DNA of 63,733 bases, counting the filler, from Klebsormidium nitens (lineage: Eukaryota > Plantae > Klebsormidiophyceae): NCBI GenBank assembly GCA_000708835.1. It is 7 parts of 7 records of this genome, joined end to end, with 100 filler letters (N's around TTAATTAATTAA, not from the genome) between each part and the next. Parts side by side here need not be neighbours in the genome. Positions count along the whole stretch, not along the records: positions 38,056 to 40,612 come from DF238668.1; positions 40,713 to 45,201 come from DF238497.1; positions 45,302 to 61,495 come from DF238005.1; 4 more parts are not named here. The stretch is one strand, 5' to 3'. A program made the position numbers and the translations under genes. Positions 38,056-47,625 of the stretch are shown here, one piece after another (within the stretch, counting starts at the first letter, position 1; each line of letters opens with the position of its first letter). The notes below the pieces were generated by a model. It worked only from the letters and a program-made list of their open reading frames with translations, had not been told where the DNA came from and made no database searches.

Positions 38056-40612
38056 GAAAGACAACATTTTTACAAAGCAAGCGCCTTCGTCCGAGAATGC
38101 CTGCAACCATGGTTTCCGCACATGACTGCCGTTAGTGTTTCGTCGTTATCCTGCCAGCACTTCGCTTAAACTGGCCAACCGTCACACCCAAGTTCCAAGG
38201 TTTTGGATATGGCTCTCAACAGGGCTTCGGGGGTGCTGGTCAGCAGCGTTTTGTTTCGCCTCAGTTTCAGCCTCAGTTCCAGCCTCAGTTCCAGCATCAG
38301 AACAGCCTCAGTTCCAGCCTCAGGCCCAGCCTCCTTCTGCACCGGGTGGTGCTTTGAGAGGTCCTTGCTTCTCGTGCGGTCACTGTGGGCATCTCAATGC
38401 TCAGTGCCCTGACAAAGGTTTGCTAGCATTCCACCAGGGTAGACTGAATGGTTCTCGCTAGGGTTGGATAGTTTTCTCTGCAGAGGTAGCCTTTAGTCTC
38501 ACAGTGCAGTGCAGTGCAGATAGGGCAGAACAATCCTATGACAGAACCCTAAGATTGATACTGTTCTGGACGGGTGTCCAAATTTGATTTGTTGTGGACG
38601 GGTGTCCACCGATGTTCTTCTGGTTCGGGCGAACCAGTGTCTCCTTCTATTTTTTCCCTTATTGACCACTTCATCTTCTTATTGTTTTATTCTCTTTTCT
38701 CTCCCTCTCCCTCTTTACCTTTCTCACTTTGTTGTTCTCTTGTGCAGCTGGAGTTGAATCTTTGCACCTACTTGCCGATCTGACCGAATCTTCCGAGTTC
38801 GAAGGCTTCCGCCGTCCTGCTGCTCAAGCCTCTTCAGCTTCTTCCTCGTCCCAAGCTTCCTGCTCTGCTCCTGCTGCTGCCAAGCCTGCTTCTACTTCCA
38901 AGCCTCCATCTGAGCCCTGGCTTCGAAATCGCCTTCGCGACCACGCCGACTTTTGGCGGTCTTTCTGCACTTCGGTCTTCGTCCTTGGCGTCATCACCTC
39001 TGGCTATCAGCTTCCATGGGCCCAGGGCCCTCCTCCTGGTCCTTATTTCAGGGCTAACCACCCTTCTGCGTTTGAGTACCCTGACTTCGTCTCTGAGGCT
39101 GTTGCCACTCTTGTTGCCACTGGTGCTGCTTTGCCGATCTCCTATCGTCCTTTCATCACCGGTCCTTTAGGTGTCGTCCCAAAAGGCATAGATAAGCTTC
39201 GCCTCATTCTGGATCTTCGCTACGTGAATAGCTTTTTGAAAGTCGACAAGTTTAAGTACGAGTCCATCAGAGAGGTCAGTGCTCTCTGCCGACTTCGCAA
39301 TTTCTTGTTCACAGTTGATCTGAAATCAGGCTACCATCACGTAGATATCGATCCTTCCTTCTGGCAGTATCTAGGTTTTGAATGGCAGGGCCAGTATTAC
39401 GTATTTTGCCAGCTACCATTTGGCTTAGCCACAGCCTGCTTTGTCTTCACTAAGGTACTTAAGCAACTCGTTCAGCGCTGGCGCAGCTTAGGTGTTCGAG
39501 TCATTCCCTACATCGATGATTTTCTTTTCTTCGCCAGTTCGTCTGCCGAGTTTGCTCAGATTCAAGCTCAGGTCCTTAGCGATTTTACGAAAGCAGGATT
39601 CGTCCTTTCTCTCGAGAAGTGCCAGCTGCAATTGAGCCACGTTGTTAAGTTCCTTGGGTTTATTGTCGACGCTCTCCACGGCGTTTTCCACTTATCCGCG
39701 CGTCAGAAAGCAAAGCTTCAGGAAGCTATCTCCTCAGTGCTTCGCTCCCCTGCCTCCGTTCCAGCTAAGTAGCTAGCTCGCGTCACAAGTCTGATCGCTT
39801 CGATGAAGCTAGTGACCGGTTCTGTTTCCGGCCTCTTCTCACGCTACCTCCATAGAGCTCTAAATACTCGCTCCTCTTGGCAGTCTTCAGTCGCCTTGGA
39901 TCCCGCTGCTCAGCTTGAGCTTAGTTTCTGGCAGTCTGAACTAGAGAATTTCTCCTCTTCCCCTATCTAGCGTGAATCCTCCCTGATCTACATTCTCCAG
40001 TACGATGCGGGTGCTTCTGGCTGGGGTGGCCATCTGGATCTAGGCGATCGCACCGAGTATGCTCACGGCGACTGGGCCTCTGACGAAGTTCATGGCCAGA
40101 AGTCTTCCACCTGGCGTGAACTCGAGGGTTTGTATAGGATTCTCCTTTCCGTCGGCCATTTCCTTCGCGGTCACCGAGTTATTGCGCGCGCGCGCAATGT
40201 CTTCTGGATTTTGGATCGTGGCGGCTCCCGAGTCGAGCACTTGCAAGACATTTGCATTCGCATCTTCTGGCTCTGCCGCAGTCTCCGCATTGACCTGTCC
40301 CCTGACTGGGTTCCTCGCGACCAAAACGAGCTTGTTGACTAGCTGTCTAAGCTTGTCGATCATGACGATTACGGCCTTCAGCCCGCAGCCTTCGCTCGCA
40401 TCTGCCAGCAGCTAGGACAGTGCGACGTAGACTGTTTTGCCAGCGAGCATAACGCCCTCCTTCCTGCTTATTTCTCTGAGCTTTGGACGCCTCGCGCTCG
40501 CGCCGCGAACGCTTTCACCGTCTCCTGGTCTAGCTTCCGCGGTTTCCGCTTTCCTCCGCCGCGCCTAGTTGCTCGGACACTCGAGCACGCGCGCGAGTGT
40601 CGCGCTGTGACG
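38056..40612 (+). mobile_element. DIRS-type (tyrosine-recombinase group) retrotransposon fragment: gag zinc knuckle, RT, RNase H, adenine-MT-like domain; inactivated
   Basis: CCHC knuckle CFSCGHCGHLNAQC at about 38365-38407. RT motifs KLRLILDLRYVN, DLKSGYHHV, LPFGLATA, YIDDF. RNase H YDAGASGWGG...SSTWRELEG...DWVPRDQN. MT-like DCFASEHN...AFTVSW...FPPPRL. One frame runs 38748-40612 with three TAG stops. The YR domain is not on this contig. Confidence 0.9.
38268..38330 (+). repeat. 12-bp tandem repeat (CAGCCTCAGTTC/TTT)n inside DIRS gag, encoding QPQF units
   Basis: CCTCAGTTTCAGCCTCAGTTCCAGCCTCAGTTCCAGC...CAGCCTCAGTTCCAGCCTCAG, read directly. Confidence 0.75.
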
Positions 40613-40712
40613 NNNNNNNNNNNNNNNNNNNNNNNNNNNNNNNNNNNNNNNNNNNNTTAATTAATTAANNNNNNNNNNNNNNNNNNNNNNNNNNNNNNNN
40701 NNNNNNNNNNNN
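40613..40712. other. Artificial contig linker
   Basis: 44 N + TTAATTAATTAA + 44 N. Confidence 0.97.
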
Positions 40713-42250
40713 TGTGACCAGGCGACAAACCACTAACAAAGCGCCAGATCTCGGCAAACCGCATAAGAAAAGACAATTTGGACAAGAAAACGAAGAACGG
40801 GGTTAAGCGTTAACCGACTTACTGGAATCGGTTCCCGTGGAGGCAGGTCCGGGGGCAACGGGGCTTTCCGTGGGGGGGCTTCCGGCCGGGCCGGGGCTTC
40901 CGGTGGTCGGGGGGGGAGTTGACCCGGCAGTAAACCCGTTGCTAAACGCCGTTGACGGGTCGGAGGGGTAGCTCGCAGACGCGGTGTAGCACGTGAAGGT
41001 GTCGCTGGAAAAGCAGTTGAAGCCTGGGGGGGAGAGGAAAGGAGTTTAGGAGCTGTTCACGAAGACGAAAAAGTTGACAAAGGGGACCGCCACAACCGGT
41101 GGCAGAAAAACGTGTTACCTGAGGTAATTGCTGTTCTGCAATCAAGAGGGCAGCTAGTGCTGGCGGCACGAAATGATTCTCGCTGATTATTCCGGCTGGA
41201 AAAGTGTTCATCACTTTATAAGGTAACGATTGCTAAGTGTGTAAAGATCCCAATTGAAAGGGATTTGTGGGCGGAGGAGTTGAGGCAGGTGTTGAGAGAC
41301 AGTAGAGGTTTACTGAAGAGCTTGAACGAGTGCAGGTTCTCCCGTATTCACTTCAAACAGATTGCAGCATTGAGAAAAGAGACAGGGGAGGATTCTGCTC
41401 GAGGAATTAGGAGGTCGTACAGCATTGCAGTCTTCGCATGTAGTTCACTTTTGGGGGACCTCACGTGGTTAAAATCCACAAAGCTTCAATTCTGGATGTT
41501 TTAACAGAGGCTTAACCCAGCGGGCTCGGCAGCAGCAGTTGTTGATCGCCCTTGAGTTGCTTGACAGTGGCTGCTTCTTTGACGAGGTAACGAAGAAAAT
41601 ATGAACTAGCTTGGGGATCTTAGAGATCGGCTTCGACCCCAGATAGCTCGAGTTAGCCTTAACCCACCTAAAATCAAGTTGATGCAGATAATTCAAGTCA
41701 GTCTTAACCCACCTGATGGGCAACAGTAACCGGTAGTTCCGCCAGCTGTGTAGCACGTGCTCCCCATGGTGGGGCAGGACTGAAGCAGAACGCGGCCCGC
41801 CGTCACTGATGACGTCAGCGCCAGCAGCAGAACCAAGGGGGCAGCTGGGAAGGAAGACAAGTGACGGCTTAGGCATAGGCTATGGCACTCGGAGAGAGAG
41901 GGTTAGCTGCTGGAGATTAGTGCGGGTTTAAGGATGGGGTAGGGACTGTCAGGTGAATACTGCCTGTGTTCCTGATGAGGTCGGTTGTGAGGAAGAAAGT
42001 ATCCTTGAGGTTCGATCTGGCGAGATCTGAGGACATCCGGATAATGAGAGGATGGCAGCAAAGAGAAGAGGGTAGGTGAAGGGACAGCGGAGATGCCAGC
42101 ATTGCTCAACGGTTGCTTCTACAGCATTTAGAGATAGCTGTAGACTGTGACGAAGTTCTTCAGATCTGGGCTTGAGAGGTTCATATAGAGACAATCGGCA
42201 CAGGCAGAGGAAGTGAGGAACGCAGCATTGTCTTCATTGATAACCTGTCC
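40713..42250 (-). pseudogene. Heavily degenerate retroelement-like coding remnant, possibly the post-RT region of an L1-type LINE
   Basis: Fragments CPFTYPLLF (compare PFTYLGLPL), CCPSGGLRL and RWVKPLLKHP are spread over different frames with many stops. The support is weak. Confidence 0.25.
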
Positions 42251-43770
42251 TCACAAGACCGCAAATGGTCCTGAAAAGACCCAATGTATGGTGATGAAAT
42301 GACTCAATCTGGCGATTTAATTCCACAGTAAATTAACCCATCTGTAAATCTGGTAACAAATCTGCGTTGGCGCCAACCAATATCTGGCTTTAGGCAGACC
42401 AAGGGACTGCTAGGAGCATTTGCACACATGCCAGAGAGTTCAATCATCGCAACATGTTAGTCGGGGGCGGGCGCCAATTCCAGCTACAACCTTAGCTAGC
42501 TTGTATTACAGAAGCAGAGTCGAGATTGCAAGTGCACTTTTTCTTCAGGATTTCAAAAGATGTAAGCTTTGCTAACAGATCGACTCAGACTGTGCGTCAC
42601 GTTCAAAGAGTCTGAGTAAAGCTGTGAGTATTGTGGACAGGAGACAGCTTTGACCCCACACTTGGATCAGTCTGTGGCAACGCAGTACTGGCGGCATAAA
42701 AGGAACTGCGCAAGCTGCAACATGCAACTCTTTCTACGAAACCAGATTGATTTAGGGAAGACATGAGAGCCCCATCTGAAATTGAGACGTCAGATCGTTG
42801 GTTTGCGAGAGCTAGGCTTTGCTGATGAGGAAGACAGCTACCTCCTGATACCCGGGATCCTTAAAGCAGCTCATAGTACATGCTTAACAAGTGCATAAAG
42901 CAGTATAAGAGACATACCAAAAAAGCAAAATGATGAGTGGAGCCCAAAAGCCAGTTCACAAGCACACCAGCATGCAGCTGAGCTGAAAACACGCAATGCC
43001 GTTGACATGAGACTCATCTGATGGATTTCTACATGCCACTGATGTGGAACTCGGCTACAGCAGATTCACAGGCAGAAATCATAACTAGTGCTAGTGAACA
43101 ACAAGCTGAAACGTTGAGTGTGAACTGAAGTTTAAACCTAGAACACGTCTCAAAAGCTGCTCTCTAAAGCTGCTAGTTCTCAGCAGCTCGTACAAAATCG
43201 TGCAATCCAGATTTGTGACAGCAACTCCGTGACAGCACGCAGCAGATATTCAGCTAGCTGCGACTCCTGTGCTAGCATCACGCTAGCCCAGCTGAAAGCA
43301 CACCTGAGCTTGTGGACGACAAATGACGACTCCTGCAGTGCTGACTCATTGAAAGCGCACCAGCTTGTGGATCATGAATGACGAGGCTCTTGAACGCAGG
43401 GCTGTCCTCTTCAAGGCGACCAACGGCAAAGCACTCACCTCGGAGTACCGCCATTTTCAGTGCTGACGTATGAGGCAGCAGGGTCTGGTGGTAGTTCACA
43501 CAGTTGACGTCAGCACTTGTCTCATCCAACCGTCCCACTCGTGAGCGGCACTGCCTTCGATTGATGCCCACAGTTTGTGAAGCTGGCAAAAGCTGCGCCA
43601 CTTTGTGTGTGGAAAAGACGATTCGACTGAGGTGACAGAGCTCCAGATCGATCCAATTAGCTAGGAGCTGGCGCAGATAAGGAATGGCCTGCTTCAAAGG
43701 AGGAGCTGGGAATGACTTTCACGGTTCACCCTTAGCTTCACTTGATTTTTAGCAGACTGGACATCCGACA

Positions 43771-43972
43771 TACTACCGTACTGCTATTTGATTTCGGCAC
43801 CTTCGACGCCGAAAAGTTAATGTTGAAACGTTTATTCCTTTCGGCAGAGCTAGTGTTACCTGCTAAAAAGTACCATTATCGACCATTATCGCTCCAAAAT
43901 ATTTTCCAGCGGAATTCGGCAGGGCACATAATTATTTATTTTTTGCCGAAATCACGTAGCAGTACGGTAGTA
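43771..43972. mobile_element. MITE, about 200 bp, 29-bp imperfect TIRs, TA-flanked (Tc1/mariner, Tc2-like ends)
   Basis: TACTACCGTACTGCTATTTGATTTCGGCA (43771-43799) versus TGCCGAAATCACGTAGCAGTACGGTAGTA (43944-43972), 27/29 complementary. The ends read TA|CCGTA...TACGG|TA and the interior is AT-rich. Confidence 0.75.
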
Positions 43973-45201
43973 CTACCTAGATTTTTTTCTGGGATAGGCA
44001 CATTACTACCTAGGTACCGGCCGTGACAAAGTATGCCTGCTGAGGAATGGATGACGTACTCAGGCGTCGCATACGCTCCGGCCGGGTTCAATCGCAGCTG
44101 CGGCGGGCCGGTTAGATTCTCCAATTAATGATTGGGGATATCGACAGCACATGCATCACGTGTCACGGAGTTACTGATAATGGGCAAATTTTTTTGACGT
44201 TTCGCAGGTTGCAACCGGTTGCGGACAATAGGCGGCGGGACGCCCCGGTTGAAGCGCAGGGTTGCAGTGTGCATGACTGGTCGGTTGTAAGACCGGCCAA
44301 TCTCATGACGGCCGGTGACGGCTCTTTCATACCCCGAACAAAACCGGTCAGCGTTCTGCATACATATCCAAATGGGCTAAGCTTCGGTCTTAGCTTAAAC
44401 GGATCGTCAAAAACTAGACAAACGGCATGACAATATGAGACAGACATACAACCGACCGCCCAACGGTTCGGCCGGGGTACTTGCAAGTGTGCTTCGCGAA
44501 ACAGGACCGGCGCGACAAACTTGCCCTGGTTACGTGCACGCGGTCAATCAATTTCAGTGTGCGCGCATAAAGTGAACCTTCAAACCCCCGGTGCGGCCGC
44601 GGCTCGCGGTACACAGGCGATTCACCAATTTTGCTTAGCGGAAGCGTCAATTCTGATTGCAGAACGATCAATACTTAAACCGAAAGCGTCCCATACCGCT
44701 TTTGGCAGTCCCCCGTTCAGAAAAACTTACTAAAGTGATGTCCGGATTGCTGTCTTTACTGATCAGTCACTGTGACTAAAGCAGTACACTCATTTGCAAC
44801 GGCAATTCTGATTGCCTCACTTTACTGTATAGAAATTATACACTCGTGTGCATTAAGCAGATACGACACCCAATCACGTTCAAAAGCATTTGCAGAGCCA
44901 GCCAATCTTCCACACTGCATTCAATACACTTACTAATCTGTCTCAGTCATGCTGCGCAACTGCGCCCCACATATGCAGTTTCCCAGTCACTGGGAAGTGA
45001 TCGCACGCCGCGCCTTGCAGGAGTCGTCACATTTGCTGTGGCTTGGAGGCTGAGGGGAGAAGCAATTGAATTGCAGAAAGTGCTCTGGTCGTAGTACTTG
45101 AGAACGGATCGTCTGGTGAAGGAATTCCAAGGAGAGGTCACTTCTACTGCTGGAAATACTGTGTGGCGCTGTTTGAAGTGAAAGCTGGAGAATGTTAGAA
45201 G

Positions 45202-45301
45202 NNNNNNNNNNNNNNNNNNNNNNNNNNNNNNNNNNNNNNNNNNNNTTAATTAATTAANNNNNNNNNNNNNNNNNNNNNNNNNNNNNNNNNNNNNNNNNNN
45301 N
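45202..45301. other. Artificial contig linker
   Basis: 44 N + TTAATTAATTAA + 44 N. Confidence 0.97.
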
Positions 45302-47625
45302 TCTGTTGCGCACCCCTATCGGAAGGTTGATATTAAATGGAGCTGACAATTTTGACTCTGTGATTGGTTAGCAGAGTGTTCTTATGATTTTAGGCTCCGG
45401 CCTAGCCTCCACATGAACCGACGGTCTTTTGGGGAGATCTTTGAGGAGATTGGCCGGCCACCGTGGTGCCTCGGGCTGACCATCACCCGGGGAAACGGCC
45501 TCCCGATCGCAGACGGTCGCCAATTCGGTATTCAATAAAAGACAACGACGGATTGGCTGCCGCCCGCCGCTGCCTGCATGACGCCCGGTACTAGCGGCCA
45601 GCAGCCACTACCGTCCGCGAAGGTGGCAGCTAGGACACTCGCCGTCGATAATCATTGGATGCGATTGAGTAAGAACTTAGCTTCACAAATCCATCAAGGG
45701 GAGCGCCAATTGGTGACCTTTGATTGTCAACAAGATAGGCGGATCAAATTTTTTTGCATACCTTTGACAGAGATCTGATACTAGTGAGTCAAGGAATGGG
45801 CGCACCGCTACTTGAACGTTTTGCTCGGCTTCATCAGCGCCCACATGTTTGCTTTCGCTTGCTGTCTCTGTGATTGAAATTTATGAACGGAGAGGGTAAG
45901 CAAGGTCGATTGAATTGGATAATTACGTTATACAAGGCATGAGATCGCCTAGCTAAATCCTATATTGTTGGAAGTTTTGATGGCAGCTGCTGACGAGTTC
46001 AATAAGTGCATGGTGCATGCCAAGAGTGAGATCATTTCTGATGCAATGTGTCACGGTACTCATATGTGGTGGCCACACTTCAGCAATAGAGTTAACTTGA
46101 TGCTATATTGTGAGTCACGCATGAATTGGGATCATGCTACCATGCATTCGAATACAGCTAGGGCTCAATAGCTGTTGCATGCATGGACAATTGCACATAA
46201 GCCGTGATCTATGCAGTAACCTTTCAAGCTTGCAATACCTCGCATGAAAAGATATCGCCTGCAACAACCCTGCCTCCGACAAGAGTTTGACCGTCTACAA
46301 GGATTTGAGATTTGACAGTCCCAGATATTGCAGCAAGCGGCAACGCTCAGACACCTACTGTTCTAAAGGCCAAAGCTAGAGGTACGATGGAGTCAAGCAC
46401 GTCATGCAAATGGGGTCCTCCAATATTAGTTCCTACACGCTACTAGACCGCAACTCAATTGCAACCTATCGCAAGCTTGAGGAAAGGCAGCCCTGATAGA
46501 TACGCAAACCCTTCGTGTTCACAGACTCAATCACACAAACCCTTTGCATGGGCCGAGTGAGTCTTGTCCTGCTTTCTACCTATGCACGCGATGTTTGTGT
46601 CAATTACGCTTAGTAGGGTTGGAAGTTTGAAAGAGGACCATAGGCCCGACCATTTCTAGCCCACTTCATCTTAAGGTCGCTTTGTGTTCAACCCGGGTCG
46701 AGACTCCTTTACATACCCCCGGGCACTTGAGAGTGAGTTGACATCTACTAGGGCGCTCTTGGGCCAACTCGAAAGGACTTTGCATGTAGCCCATGACCCC
46801 GAGCGCCCTCTCATCACTCGCAAGATTTGCTTGTACTTGTTCGGACACGCGCGAAGCCAGAGTCGTCCCAACCCGTGACCCTAACAACTGCAAACCCTAT
46901 CGCCACGCTAGGAGCCTATCTTGCATTCCTTTTTGCTCATCCCAACCCGCGTGCAAAAACCCTCGTCAACAACAACAAACAACTCCACAACCCTACTTCC
47001 ACGCAAGCACTTTATCTATCCGCGCGGCGTCACTCTTATCTTCGGCGGCAACGTCATCCGGCCCCACCCCAGCAAGCATACTCGACAGAGAGCTCCCCCG
47101 CGAATTGTGCCCACCGCTGTCGTTGTGCCCACCACTGTCGAGGCTGTAACGGCCGGTGTAGCCCAGAGAGCTTCCACTTGAGACCCGGCTGTGCCCCGGT
47201 TTCTTGTCGCCGAGCGTAGTCGTGGGCGTTTCTGATGCGTGCTGTGCGCCACGAAAACGACGTCGTCAGGGCGTTGAGCTGACGGAAGTGGTGCGACAAT
47301 TCAACGGCGAGACCATTTGGTGCGCGATGGCACGGCAAGAACTTCAGAGCTAGGTCAACCGTGTGTGACGAGGCAACACTTTCCGAAGCTGTTCGGAGGC
47401 GAAGCAGCTTACTGGTCAGTTGACGAGCAACGGGTCTTGGGAATGCGATTAAGTAAAAGTTGCTTCTATCGAAGAGCCGCTCCTCGAAAATATGAAGACC
47501 TTTCTGCAAGTAAGATTCTTGCCAGTTTCCGAAACCCTCGTGCCGACAAACCGAAGACAACAGGAGAAAGCCCGCTTCTTCCGCCCTCCGGTGAACGATA
47601 ACCGGGCAAGGCAATCACTCCCCAC

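Noticed and set aside
39770-40342. TAG recoding (alternative genetic code or readthrough) in DIRS pol
   Set aside because: The host accC model ends in TAG, and the three sites imply different residues (Gln, Trp, Trp). Point mutation explains them better.
40390-40612. A novel captured methyltransferase in the retrotransposon
   Set aside because: The DCFAS..N / FPP domain after RNase H is the standard adenine-MT-like domain of DIRS elements.
42250-43740. hAT transposase remnant
   Set aside because: Only a vague SSAAC..CELAF resemblance among many stops, which is insufficient.
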